The notes below the pieces were generated by a model. That model did no database searches and had not been told where the DNA came from. It was given only the letters and a program-made list of their open reading frames with translations. The translations under genes were made by a program, and so were the position numbers. Shown here in pieces: positions 19,701-29,241 of a stretch of 64,000 nt of DNA (within the stretch, counting starts at the first letter, position 1; every line of letters starts with the position of its first letter). The stretch covers positions 1 through 64,000 of the forward strand of contig CAYFHS010000019.1 in the NCBI GenBank assembly GCA_964342815.1, in the 5' to 3' direction. This DNA comes from an uncultured archaeon. GTDB lineage: Archaea > Thermoplasmatota > Penumbrarchaeia > JASLWR01.

Positions 19701-22153
19701 ACGGCGATCCCTCTCTCGTGATGATCGCGCCAACTTTGTGGACTGACGTGCGGTGGTCTTCGGGCGAATCGGCGGAGCACCTCACCATCACGATCACCAT
19801 CCGGGACCAGTACGGCCTCAAGGTGACCCCGGATTCCCTGGACATTAGCATGGATGGCGTTCAGACAGGATTTTCCGAGGAAGAGACCGGGATCTATTCC
19901 ATTGATTGGCTTCCCACGGATTACGGCTCGCACAGCTTAAAACTTACAATAAGCAAAGAAGGTTATACTTCCCGGCAAGGCTCGCCTGTAATTTCACAGA
20001 ATTACGATCTTTTTGTGCCGCGAGTACGGATCGACCCGTTTTCCATTTTATACACTCCTGGACTCGCCCAAACTCTGGATCTGAACGTAAAAATCAATTA
20101 TACGCATCCGGAGGATCGTCCCTTGACCGGGAGGGATTGTCATTACGTGAAGGCAGGAATTTTCAATGAAAATAATACCAATACCGAATTGAAGTCCGAA
20201 CTTATATATGACGATGATCGATGGGGGGTGAAAGGATGGAATGTTTCATCTCTTGCAACCGGTGATTATTATATCATGATAAGGGTATCTCCCCGCGACA
20301 GCTCATATTTAGAGAAAAAGACGGACATTTTTTCAGTGATTCATGGTATGCATTTCAACTCCCCCGAAATGGATTTCAATCACAGTTCGAAGCAGCTGAA
20401 CTTGTGGAACCTGACGGCTACAAGTACCTGGTCGATACATGGTCGTCTCTCCCCTACCGAAATTTCCTTGATACGTTATGAAGTTATTTCGGACGATCCG
20501 ACTGTTCCCGAAAATGTAAAGATCGAGGGTGAGCCGGACTACGATTATCGCTCGGAAAGTTTCGTAATCCTCAACGCGAGCATGGCACCGTTATTACCGG
20601 GCAGCTACCATCTGGAAATATTTATCTCAACCAGTTACTCTGAGGCTGAACCATTGAAGACAGAATCTTTTTCCATAAACAGCTCTTTTTATATATTCGG
20701 CCCAGATATCGAATATGTCGGTAGGATGACCCAGATGGTTTATCTTTCCAATGTCTTGTTGTCATCCAGCACCGATCCCCTGGATTCCGGGTATGTGGGT
20801 AATTTGACCGAATATGCTTATAAATTATTTTCAGACGACGAAGCTTTTCAGGGGATTTCCGGGAACCTCACATTACATGATGGATTATGGAACGCCAGTA
20901 TAAATGTTTCCGGTCTCCATGAGGGAAGCTACTACGTTGAGGTAAGTTTCGTGGATGCAAAACTCGGATCGGCAGCCGCAAGGTCCGGCCGGTTCAACGT
21001 TAGCCATTATATTCAATCGACGGTCCCGGAAGTGAATTATGATCGAACGGCCGGAAATGTCAAAATATTCGTATCTTCGGTGCGATCAAGTTACCGTTCT
21101 TTCCCCGTTATCGATGAGACCACGTCTGATTTGAACGATTTCAAGGTTTTCAATCAGGACGGAACGGAAACCGGTATCTTCGGGAAACTTTCCTGCGTAA
21201 AGGGAAAATGGTCTGCGGAGTTTTCCGCATCTGACCTGACGTTTGGAGCTTACTACATAAGCTGTTATTTCGGATATGCGGGTCATGTGACGGAAGTGAA
21301 CTCAAGCCTTTTTGATCTGGAGTTTCCGCTGCACGTGAACGAACCCCTGGTTATCTACAATCAGCTGGAGGATGAAATAAGGGTATTCGGTATAAGGCCG
21401 TATTCGGATACCGCTACTATCGGATATCTCGATCCATACGGCGCTACCGAGATGTCGGTAAGGATACTGGATTTAAAAGGCGAAGTAGTGATGGAGGGGA
21501 TTCTGGACTATGAGAACGGCGAATTTTACATAATATTCGGGAGGATTTCAAAAAGAGTTTTGGTTTCGGGTAGCTACTGGGCGGAGGTAACTTTCGCCAC
21601 GGTAAATATTGATCCCGTTAGCAATCTATCGAAACCGTTCTCGATCCTGTATGACGAGGATGAAGGCGATAAAGAGGAAATTCCCCAGGAGGAGGGCTCC
21701 CGGGTACTGGGGCTTATAGGGGCTGTTTTCATTTTATTGATATTATTGGCTGCAATAATTCATTTTTTCATACGCAGGGACGGGAGGGGTACGACATCAG
21801 GCGTAAGAGATGGCGCAGCAGACCCGAGGACGGATTCGGATATGGTTGAAGATATAGGCAAAGAACCGCATCTGGAAACGTTTGTACCGCGCAGGGCGGC
21901 AACAGACCATGAAGGGAAATCTTCTGGAATGACGGGTACCAGGATTAGGAAACGGGGAAAAAAAGTCGACCCGGCTTTCAATGAGTTAATTACTCCGGTT
22001 GGAACCGTACGCAAAAAAGAGATCCATCGTATTAATTCCCTATTTTCCAATCGTCCTGCAAAGGAGATCGTCCTTGAAGAAACCGGGAAAGACGGCGATG
22101 GCGTGGAGAAGTTCGGGGATGATCATAGTGAAGATGACGATATTTCCCGTTAA
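16748..22153 (+). CDS. Large secreted, C-terminally anchored protein with a C25 (gingipain-like) cysteine peptidase domain and Ig-like repeats
   Basis: 1801 aa; signal/TM at N-terminus; NNGHGHH, FQSCQVG...GGIAVVG and ILYGDPSL motifs; about 110-aa beta-rich repeats; TM at VLGLIGAVFILLILLAAIIHFFI; charged tail. Confidence 0.7.
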   Translation: MKKNVKITIMCFCAFLLLMTQIEMFVLDGRNTFDSELTVRNYDIRSAKSTEDVRSVEYYPEKHTGDTFNHRAIFVRQDDSTYLDDMLFCAAVPAAVHWEGETRSNSMMISDERTRENGNLIGDYSEYLRKIEARPDIDFIGNVTEERKSALAGYFSDVESSNNITTASNIYDGACDIAKYYWMNERRLGTDTAVLSHVPNSDGGVEVQRDTSGANFGQFEVNTDLNSDEVSWLKFSIDWSDPEADTDYRIEIRDPLALHERSYSNAGNVGQVNPTNNRLYSNAGHCEVGVSPYYSYLPYSIDNDPQGYEQVAYRGELVQSDRSVYPIEGAADHKTFQFGPVKAGQWIGVVTNWTHYVVNESKYRDFDTFVYRPNQGPGDDHLLEIAYNPGLPGYHLGTTPETGYCYADVDGYYSVTVHPYNTSIGGSFTTGVYWGGLDEESMWTAKQINHGTDPVQYHLEEYAMTDDHVIESVTNGAVVASLNNIPLFYTAGGQPEPNVAATLQDMGITKLIVIDPGNKISTLEWEGKGFSLDHVKGDKEVFNYIYDLSVTKKIHKGTVINAQGGPWFTGAALTGAYHGVPIPALDDPEMVHIQNQATTTWWQMIQLTDVYDFYPYNRYQAPNQANMEDLADDFFSWIEGFHPDYNPDCGDKNGDGIPDNGNYWDYSEDVEIFVISPLNALKPALDRAINGKASVGRIPIADPSALWAVVNREMLYWKVGYSRADNPEDPDDSPPVGDHWKRAGWTFNSYAHDDGIMDNDSGDQDDDDFCGMDDGGANHLTYRGRETWPTLAQNYGKINDYNTYYTNIRDMLEKGTCYWSNNGHGHHYNMMETGIGATATSMDSSNPKFAGPPQSNSFVDPPLEMTTGWDWYYGIDNIHSAFSTFQSCQVGGSSLPEYFLRLGGIAVVGGTVTRSLIEATIQHDRTARGLFSGMSFGDSHRWGADETGCIYSLKDPGTKNKNYGEAGFADDMWVRYGDTGQTILYGDPSLVMIAPTLWTDVRWSSGESAEHLTITITIRDQYGLKVTPDSLDISMDGVQTGFSEEETGIYSIDWLPTDYGSHSLKLTISKEGYTSRQGSPVISQNYDLFVPRVRIDPFSILYTPGLAQTLDLNVKINYTHPEDRPLTGRDCHYVKAGIFNENNTNTELKSELIYDDDRWGVKGWNVSSLATGDYYIMIRVSPRDSSYLEKKTDIFSVIHGMHFNSPEMDFNHSSKQLNLWNLTATSTWSIHGRLSPTEISLIRYEVISDDPTVPENVKIEGEPDYDYRSESFVILNASMAPLLPGSYHLEIFISTSYSEAEPLKTESFSINSSFYIFGPDIEYVGRMTQMVYLSNVLLSSSTDPLDSGYVGNLTEYAYKLFSDDEAFQGISGNLTLHDGLWNASINVSGLHEGSYYVEVSFVDAKLGSAAARSGRFNVSHYIQSTVPEVNYDRTAGNVKIFVSSVRSSYRSFPVIDETTSDLNDFKVFNQDGTETGIFGKLSCVKGKWSAEFSASDLTFGAYYISCYFGYAGHVTEVNSSLFDLEFPLHVNEPLVIYNQLEDEIRVFGIRPYSDTATIGYLDPYGATEMSVRILDLKGEVVMEGILDYENGEFYIIFGRISKRVLVSGSYWAEVTFATVNIDPVSNLSKPFSILYDEDEGDKEEIPQEEGSRVLGLIGAVFILLILLAAIIHFFIRRDGRGTTSGVRDGAADPRTDSDMVEDIGKEPHLETFVPRRAATDHEGKSSGMTGTRIRKRGKKVDPAFNELITPVGTVRKKEIHRINSLFSNRPAKEIVLEETGKDGDGVEKFGDDHSEDDDISR

Positions 22154-22242
22154 TGAAAAGATAGTATTTGCAGAAGATTACTATTCCTGAACGATCTCTT
22201 TCACTCGTTTGAAATCCATTGGCCAACTCTCGCGGTATTTCG

Positions 22243-22842
22243 TTATAATCGGTCCCACAGTTCGGTCATTCGGTCCGTCATCTCGTCGAAAAAACTTGAT
22301 TTGTATGCTGTTAATATTTTAAATACGAGCTTTGGGTTCCTGATAGTATAAAAGGTATTTCTCCCTCTGACCTCGTCTTTTAAAATATCAGCTCGAATCA
22401 TTTTTCTCAGATAGTAGGACAGGGTCGACGGCGGCATATCGAACTCGTTCAACATGTCCTTGTTGCATGAAAACGGATTAAAATACAAAAATAAAACGAT
22501 ATGCCTTGGAACCTTCAACCTTAAAAGCGATATAATTATTTTTTCCTGAGGGCTTATTTTATCTCTAATGAAGTATCTTGTGTAATATCCGTCCTTTTTC
22601 TTCACTATCAGTTCCTGTTTGTCAAGAATGTCAAGTTGATATTCTAATACACCTATCCTGATATCGAGCTTTCGCGCGATCTCTCTGAAATGCAGTCCCG
22701 GAGATTTGAATATCAGTTCGTAGATCCTTCTTCTGGTATCCAACTGCAGTACATCGCTTTTTTTCATGTTTTCGGAACTATCGCTCAGACTCCTTTTTGC
22801 ATTTCTGCGGGCCGTCCGTCCGGTGAAAAAGCGATCTTTCAT
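22243..22842 (-). CDS. Double winged-helix transcriptional regulator (COG3398-like)
   Basis: TRRRIYELIFKSPGLHFREIARKL...LEYQLDIL and a second HTH, PSTLSYYLRKM. Start moved to ATG 22842 (AAGGGA RBS) to avoid overlap with the upstream gene. Confidence 0.85.
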   Translation of the reverse strand: MKDRFFTGRTARRNAKRSLSDSSENMKKSDVLQLDTRRRIYELIFKSPGLHFREIARKLDIRIGVLEYQLDILDKQELIVKKKDGYYTRYFIRDKISPQEKIIISLLRLKVPRHIVLFLYFNPFSCNKDMLNEFDMPPSTLSYYLRKMIRADILKDEVRGRNTFYTIRNPKLVFKILTAYKSSFFDEMTDRMTELWDRL

Positions 22843-22861
22843 ACAGTTCCCTTTTTTATGC

Positions 22862-23128
22862 TTATTTTCTGGTAATGGCGGCATATATGCAGATAAGGAT
22901 TAGAAAATCGATGCCCAGCCAGTAGCTGTTTGCCGGGATATCCTCGAAAAATGAGTAGAAATTTCCCAGTAATAAACAAAGTCCTCTAATGAAGAACAGA
23001 ATGAAAGCCCCACTCAATATCAGAAGTTTCGAGCTCTTGGCAAGTCGATAAGATATCATGGTCATTATAAGGATCACAAGAGCAGCTCCCATTACTACTA
23101 TTTCCAGGAAAATTTCTATATCATTCAT
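22862..23128 (-). CDS. Small three-TM membrane protein co-transcribed with the regulator
   Basis: MNDIEIFLEIVV...; three hydrophobic helices; GGAGAG RBS before ATG 23128. Confidence 0.75.
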   Translation of the reverse strand: MNDIEIFLEIVVMGAALVILIMTMISYRLAKSSKLLILSGAFILFFIRGLCLLLGNFYSFFEDIPANSYWLGIDFLILICIYAAITRK

Positions 23129-23258
23129 GTCGATCTCTCCGCCAGTCCGCAATTTTTCGTCGATATATAAGGCTTATGGTACAAACGCTGTTCAGTCCAG
23201 CTTTTGTACCAAATCTGATTTATATACATAGATTAATCGGATTGTCAGGTGATATCCC

Positions 23259-25952
23259 ATGAAAAGAACGATAATAACGATTATTATGATAGCAATGTTG
23301 GCCTTGACCTTCGGACAATTTATTATTCCTGCCAGCTCCGCCCGGCAGGAAAACCACATTCCCGCTGCTGAGATCACAGATCCCAATCACGGTGCAAATG
23401 TGTTCGGGGTGATCGAGATAGGAATCCGTGCAACTGATCGGGACGGGGTCGAGGATATCGAGAACGTTCATGTAAGGATCGATGAAGGTGAGTGGAAATA
23501 TGCCGATTTCATCGAAGCGGATCAAGAACACAAGTTCTACCAGGCTGCGTGGGATACAAGTACTGTGGATAACGGTTGGCACCATATACATGCCAGAACC
23601 TACGACGGAAAGAACTATTCTGAAGTAAATATGATCGGGGTACAGGTAGGTAACGAGCCCCCCCATAATCAGGTTCCGAGAGTCGAGATAATGGAACCCG
23701 CAATGGATGAAACCGTCAGCGGAGAGGTGGAAATACTCCTTGCTGCCATGGACCCCGATGGTAATGATGAGCTTGAGCGGGTGCAAATTCGAGTGGGAGA
23801 TGGAGAATGGCTCAATACGGAGTTTATGGGACTGGAGGGAAATCACAGCTGGTGGTCACGTACGTGGAATACCGCCGAATTCGAGAACGGAGTATATCAC
23901 CTGCGGGCAAGAGCCTGGGACGGGGGGGACGAACATTCCGATGTTGACGTGGTTGAGGTCGTAGTCCATAATGGAGAGGAAAATCACATACCCGAAGCCA
24001 AGATAGTGGAGATACAGCAGGGAGCCACCGTCAGCGGGGTGGTCCAAGTATTTATCAGAGCATCGGACGCCAATGGGAGAGATGATGTCGAAAAGGTAAT
24101 GGTTAGGATCGATGAGCTGTATTGGAACGAGGCGGAATTCCATCGAAACGGTGACGCTGAAGAAGTTTCAATATGGATTTACGATTGGAATACGACTCCT
24201 TTCGAGGACGGCGAGCACCATATTAGCGCAAAAGCATTTGATCAAGAGGATGACAGTGAGGCGGATGTAATCGGTGTGATCGTTGATAATATAGAGGAGA
24301 ATCACCGCCCGGTTGCGGAAATTGTCGAAATACAACAGGGAGCTACCGTCAGTGGTGTGGTAGAAGTGTGGATCAGGGCGGCGGACGCTAACGGGATGGA
24401 TGATATCGAGCATGTATTTGTCTGGATCGACGATAATGAATGGCAGAATGCAACCTTTGTAAGAAATGGCGAGGGGCATTCGTTCTGGGTTTACGAGTGG
24501 GATACCACTGCCTTTGAGAACGGTGAGCATCACATATGGACAATAGCTTATGATGGCGTTGATGAAGGTGAGGAGAACTGGGTCGGGGTCTTTGTGGAAA
24601 ATATCGTGGAGAACGGGATTCCAAAAGTCGAGATAATAGAGCCAGGTCGGGGTGCGCAGCTTCACGGCGTAGTTAGAGTGTCAGTAGCGGCTTCGGATCC
24701 TGACGGCAACGATCATCTGGAAATGGTTTTCGTAAGAATCGATAACGGTGAATGGCAAAATGCGACCTTCCATGATCATGAAAACGGAAATGCAGTGTGG
24801 ATAATTGAGTGGAATACGAGCGCCGTTGAGAACGGCGAGCACAAGATACATGCAATTGCCTTTGATGGGGAGGACGAATCTGAGGTACATGCCGTGGGAG
24901 TATTGGTTCATAATGAGATCCATGAGAACCACCCCCCAACAGCAAGAATAATTGACGTGGAGCCCATAATCGACGGGCATTTACAGGGTGTCGTAAACGT
25001 ATGGATTCGAGTGTCAGACCTGGACGGCCTTGATGAGATAGTGCTGGTGGAAGCACGTATCGACGAGGGACCGTGGCAGCCGGCCCGGCAGGTTGCACAT
25101 GATCGCGAATTTACATTGTGGAGCTATGTATGGGACACCACAACCGTACGGGATGGGCGGCACTTGATTTCTGCAAGAGCTGCGGACGGAGAAAGCCTTT
25201 CTCGTGTGTCTACTGAAAATTACATGGTTCGACAGGCAAACGACGACGAGCCTCACCATGACGAGAGATTCAGCAGGCTTGACGAGACCTGGGAGAATAT
25301 TTATGAAAAACCTATCGAATCAGGTATCGAGAATGGAACCGTGGGCGCTGAGATGACCATTTCCAAGGACCTGGGGAAACCTGCATCGAATTTTGTCAGC
25401 TATCTGCCGGGAATGGAGATGGAGATGGAATTGGTTTCGGATGGGCGGATCGATATCACCGTACGAGGTGATTTTAGTACCGGGAAAGTTGTAATTCTGA
25501 ATATCGACGAAACCATGCTGGATATAACAAACTTCGAGGATATAATCGTTAAATTCGACGGCTCAGAGATAGATTATTCCAATGTAAATGTCGTTCTTGC
25601 GGAGGATGGAAATGAACCGATATACTGCCTGACCATGGGGAATGACGGTCTACGGGTATTGATCTACATACCGCATTTCTCGGAGCATGTTATAACCATC
25701 GAATCCGGTTCATTCATATCGGCACCCTTGACCTTGGCAGCCGAGGGATCCACGGTGTCATTTTGGATAGTCGCCATTATCGCTGGTGCTGTAATCGTCA
25801 TATTACTGATCGTAAATGTAATGCGCATCGGGAAAAGAGAACATAGATTGATCGCAAACGATGAAAGAATACCAGGCTTGTCACCCATGTACAACCTGAT
25901 GGATCGAAACTTTGATGACGAAGAAGAGCCCGAAGATGAATGGGAATTTTAA
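23259..25952 (+). CDS. Surface protein with six tandem Ig-like (Big_7-type) repeats and a C-terminal TM anchor
   Basis: Signal peptide; six ~100-aa repeats (N.xP...I..P/Q.G..V.G...WDT...NG.H.I.A.A.DG); YIPHFSEHVITI domain; TM; acidic tail. Confidence 0.85.
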   Translation: MKRTIITIIMIAMLALTFGQFIIPASSARQENHIPAAEITDPNHGANVFGVIEIGIRATDRDGVEDIENVHVRIDEGEWKYADFIEADQEHKFYQAAWDTSTVDNGWHHIHARTYDGKNYSEVNMIGVQVGNEPPHNQVPRVEIMEPAMDETVSGEVEILLAAMDPDGNDELERVQIRVGDGEWLNTEFMGLEGNHSWWSRTWNTAEFENGVYHLRARAWDGGDEHSDVDVVEVVVHNGEENHIPEAKIVEIQQGATVSGVVQVFIRASDANGRDDVEKVMVRIDELYWNEAEFHRNGDAEEVSIWIYDWNTTPFEDGEHHISAKAFDQEDDSEADVIGVIVDNIEENHRPVAEIVEIQQGATVSGVVEVWIRAADANGMDDIEHVFVWIDDNEWQNATFVRNGEGHSFWVYEWDTTAFENGEHHIWTIAYDGVDEGEENWVGVFVENIVENGIPKVEIIEPGRGAQLHGVVRVSVAASDPDGNDHLEMVFVRIDNGEWQNATFHDHENGNAVWIIEWNTSAVENGEHKIHAIAFDGEDESEVHAVGVLVHNEIHENHPPTARIIDVEPIIDGHLQGVVNVWIRVSDLDGLDEIVLVEARIDEGPWQPARQVAHDREFTLWSYVWDTTTVRDGRHLISARAADGESLSRVSTENYMVRQANDDEPHHDERFSRLDETWENIYEKPIESGIENGTVGAEMTISKDLGKPASNFVSYLPGMEMEMELVSDGRIDITVRGDFSTGKVVILNIDETMLDITNFEDIIVKFDGSEIDYSNVNVVLAEDGNEPIYCLTMGNDGLRVLIYIPHFSEHVITIESGSFISAPLTLAAEGSTVSFWIVAIIAGAVIVILLIVNVMRIGKREHRLIANDERIPGLSPMYNLMDRNFDDEEEPEDEWEF

Positions 25953-25964
25953 TCTAACCTTTCA

Positions 25965-26969
25965 TCATCCGTAGAATTTCGCAAGTACGCTGAGAGCTCG
26001 CAGGGTGACCCACTTGCTGGGTTTACCCTTTTTTTCAATATTCGCTGCCATTCGGCCGTTCATTGAGTTCTGCAAGAGCCATCTGCCCTGTTCATTTTGT
26101 TTTTCTGCCGCCATGTCCATGGCATCCTGCATCCTGGGATCCCGGTACCCAAAGCCGGTGAGCAAGTCCAGTAACTCGAGAACGTCGGACTGGTACATGA
26201 GAGGGAATCCGAATCTCAGCCATCCCGGTTTGCTGACTTTCGAAAGATCGTGGCTCCGTTTATATATGTGATGAAGAAGGAAGTACTCTGCACCATTTTC
26301 CAGAGTTTTTTTCATCCCTTCCGTTCTCTTACCCGGGTGTACTTCTATAAGAGCTTTCAATGCTTTAGCCGCACCCATGTGACAAGTGTGTTTGCCAAAG
26401 CAGTTCTCATATCTGTTATACGGCCATTCATCCGGAGTTTCGCTGCAATCGTCGAAGCGCTGGTAGGTGCTTATGTAATCAATGGCCCTTTGGGTCCGTG
26501 GATCGTTCTCATACCCGAAGCGGAGCAAACTGAAGACCATGTTCCCGGTAAGGCACGGCAGAACCCCGCTGTGCCTGCCTCCGTTCTTTTCCATCCCCAT
26601 ATATGAAAAACCACCGCTCTGTCTATCCTGTGACCATGCGAATATGAACTCCGCAGCCTTCCGTATCCTCACGTCCTCTCCATGAGCACCCAGCTCCGCA
26701 AGTAGCAGAAAAGACCAGACGGTACCCTTGTATTTTGATCGTACATAGAAATCCTCGGGTTTCCCCCAATGGCCACCTGGTTCCTGCTTTTCCATTATCT
26801 TCGTCACGGGCACTGATTCCATAATTTTCATTCGTGCATCTTTTACTATAGAATCGTTTTCTTTTTTGCCCAGTAACTGTTTCAATGCTAAATATCTAAC
26901 CGACGGATTTTCCTCTTCCAGCAGCCATTCCGTTGGGTCCGATTTCAAATAGGATTTCCAGTTTTTCAT
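25965..26969 (-). CDS. Prenyltransferase/squalene-cyclase-like alpha/alpha-barrel protein
   Basis: QEPGGHWG, QDRQSGGFS, QRFDDC and QNEQGRW QW-type repeats. ATG 26969 overlaps the upstream stop (ATGA). Confidence 0.8.
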   Translation of the reverse strand: MKNWKSYLKSDPTEWLLEEENPSVRYLALKQLLGKKENDSIVKDARMKIMESVPVTKIMEKQEPGGHWGKPEDFYVRSKYKGTVWSFLLLAELGAHGEDVRIRKAAEFIFAWSQDRQSGGFSYMGMEKNGGRHSGVLPCLTGNMVFSLLRFGYENDPRTQRAIDYISTYQRFDDCSETPDEWPYNRYENCFGKHTCHMGAAKALKALIEVHPGKRTEGMKKTLENGAEYFLLHHIYKRSHDLSKVSKPGWLRFGFPLMYQSDVLELLDLLTGFGYRDPRMQDAMDMAAEKQNEQGRWLLQNSMNGRMAANIEKKGKPSKWVTLRALSVLAKFYG

Positions 26970-27478
26970 TTTGCCGCGCTCCCCGGACAAATATATTTCA
27001 TCTTGCATCGCTCGCAACTCTTCTTTCTTCCGATGGCACCACTGTATGACGAAACAGACAACAGGAGAACCAACACGATAATTTTTATCATAGAAAAACT
27101 CACTATCATTGAGATGATGGTGGATGCAAGCGGTATGACGAGGAGCAGTCCATAGGTCAAAGGAGGTAGTGTTTTGACAACGCCGGTGCTGAAATTTTCC
27201 ATGTTAACTTTCTTGAAAAACAGTGCCGAGAGTTTACCCCACCCCGAATGACACCATTTGTCGTAGTAATAACACTTGGTGCAGACGAGTTTTCTAAGAA
27301 CGAAGTAGATCATTGTAATTGCCCAGGCAAGATATATTGCTGCCAATAACGATGAAATGAAACAGCACCCCATGAAACCCAGCCCTATCCACAGAATCAT
27401 CATTAAATTATCAACAATAATTCTTCCGGCCGGACTTTTTTCTAATCCCTCCTCGAATAATTTAACTTGATTTTTCAA
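26966..27478 (-). CDS. Four-TM membrane protein with two Cys clusters
   Basis: CTKCYYYDKWC and CERCKMKYIC motifs in loops between TM segments. Confidence 0.75.
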   Translation of the reverse strand: MKNQVKLFEEGLEKSPAGRIIVDNLMMILWIGLGFMGCCFISSLLAAIYLAWAITMIYFVLRKLVCTKCYYYDKWCHSGWGKLSALFFKKVNMENFSTGVVKTLPPLTYGLLLVIPLASTIISMIVSFSMIKIIVLVLLLSVSSYSGAIGRKKSCERCKMKYICPGSAAK

Positions 27479-28180
27479 TTAAGCCCGCCTCGCTTCCTTC
27501 TCTTGTAACCGTTTATGAATCTTCTCGCTGGTTAACTCCCGCAACACGTCTGAAGCGATCCATCTTGCTGCCTTCGAATCCAATTTTTGTATCTTTCCCC
27601 CCACCTCGATAGCCTCCCGGTTCAGCTCCATATTCTTTTTTCCTATATTTCTAAGAGCCCAGCTAATGGCCTTTTTTACAAGAATTCTCTCATCGTTGGA
27701 TTCCCTTACCATCAACGGATAGAATTTTTTAAATCGTTCGTTATCTGCCGCCTTGTCTTTCCATCCGAAACAGGCCATAAGAGCGAAACCGGCCCTTTTT
27801 TCGAATTCCTTTGTCCGAGCACTCCACTCCACTGCCTTTTTGTCGGCGAATGGAAGCCGCCAAAAGAGGTTCATACAGCATTGGTCGCATATTTCCCAGT
27901 AATCGAATTCTTTTATCCATGCATCCGCTTGCGCCTCGCTAACAAGCAGGGGATCGTCGATGATGCTTGCCAGTATCCTGGTTTCGCGGTAACCGGCTTC
28001 CCACAATTGTTGTGCTAGGTCATGGTCAATCCCGATCTCCTTGCCGAGCTTTCTCAGATTTGGCATGGAGACTCCAAATGTTTTATCGGGGGTGATACCA
28101 AACCTTGCCATACCCTCTATTGCTTCAGGGGTTCCAAGAGCTTTCAGCTTTGCAAGAATATCTGTAAGGTTCATTTTCAC
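27479..28180 (-). CDS. alkD: DNA alkylation repair protein (AlkD family)
   Basis: GVSMPNLRKL, LW..GYRETRILA, DYWEICD, KRAG, VKKAISWALRNIGK motifs. Confidence 0.88.
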   Translation of the reverse strand: MKMNLTDILAKLKALGTPEAIEGMARFGITPDKTFGVSMPNLRKLGKEIGIDHDLAQQLWEAGYRETRILASIIDDPLLVSEAQADAWIKEFDYWEICDQCCMNLFWRLPFADKKAVEWSARTKEFEKRAGFALMACFGWKDKAADNERFKKFYPLMVRESNDERILVKKAISWALRNIGKKNMELNREAIEVGGKIQKLDSKAARWIASDVLRELTSEKIHKRLQEKEARRA

Positions 28181-28191
28181 ACCGGCTCTAA

Positions 28192-29241
28192 TTAATCAAC
28201 TTTAACGAGCTTGTATTTTCTGGTACCCAACCCAATCTTCTCGGCGTACTCCAGCAGATGCCTTCCCCCGAATTTCTTCTTCCCGGCCCTCTTGTCGATC
28301 AGGTCTAGGCATGCCTGGTCTATTGCAACCGGATCGGTGGAAGCGAACACTCCAAGGTCCGGCAGTATGATCTTCATCTTCCGACCCATACAGTCGCAGC
28401 CTCTGGTTATGTTGAATACAAATGTCATGTAGATGTTACGCTTGTCTTTCTGAGCGGCTAATGCATATTCGGCAAGTCTTTCCCCGAAGGTCTTGAACAG
28501 ATTAATGGAGGTCCACCGCACCTTTGCGGCTTTCACGGGGCAAACTGCAATGCAGGAAGCACAGCCAACGCATTTATCAAGGTCGATCCTGTGCGCCTTT
28601 CCCTTCACGTATATTGCATCCACGGGACATTGTTTAGCGCAGGTACCACAATTATTGCATTTTCTGCGGACTATCTTTGGTTTCGAGGAATGATGCATGG
28701 TCAGCTTTCCGCCTCTAGCGGCACATCCCATTCCCAGCTGTTTTATGGCTCCGCCAAAACCTGACAGCATATGCCCTTTGAAATGGGCTATAATTAATAA
28801 TTGGTCATGATCACCGATTAATTTTCCAACCTTACAGCGTTTAAAATGTTTTTCATCGATAGTAACTTCATCGAAATCATTCCCGTGATCTCCATCGGCG
28901 ATCACCACCGGAACCCGTGTGAAACCATGATCCTTTGCGAGTTTGATATGCTTATCCCGGGTCATGCGCTGTCCGGAATACAGCACGTTCGTGTCAGTAT
29001 AGAATGTGCTTATCTCGTTTTCATCGAGATAATCGATGATACCGTCATAATTATCTGCTGACAAGTAAGTTATGTTCCCCTTCTCTCCGAAATGGACCTT
29101 CAGGGGGATTTTCTTTGACAACTCCACTTTTTCTTTCTCCACCAGCCGTTCCAGAAGAAACCTGCCTGCGGCACTTATCTCCTTCGTCTTTGAGTAAGAA
29201 TCGATCGCTTTAAAGTAGACCGTCGCCATTTGACCGCTCAT
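28192..29241 (-). CDS. DUF362 Fe-S protein with inserted 2x[4Fe-4S] ferredoxin domain
   Basis: LKVHFGE, AHFKGH...GFGGAIKQLGMGCA, CNNCGTCAKQCP, CVGCASCIAVCP, CDC and ASTDPVAIDQAC motifs. Confidence 0.9.
   Translation of the reverse strand: MSGQMATVYFKAIDSYSKTKEISAAGRFLLERLVEKEKVELSKKIPLKVHFGEKGNITYLSADNYDGIIDYLDENEISTFYTDTNVLYSGQRMTRDKHIKLAKDHGFTRVPVVIADGDHGNDFDEVTIDEKHFKRCKVGKLIGDHDQLLIIAHFKGHMLSGFGGAIKQLGMGCAARGGKLTMHHSSKPKIVRRKCNNCGTCAKQCPVDAIYVKGKAHRIDLDKCVGCASCIAVCPVKAAKVRWTSINLFKTFGERLAEYALAAQKDKRNIYMTFVFNITRGCDCMGRKMKIILPDLGVFASTDPVAIDQACLDLIDKRAGKKKFGGRHLLEYAEKIGLGTRKYKLVKVD

Noticed and set aside
16796-22226. Numerous antisense and alternate-frame ORFs inside long genes (here and throughout the window)
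   Set aside because: They are shadows of well-supported genes on the other strand or frame and lack independent motifs.
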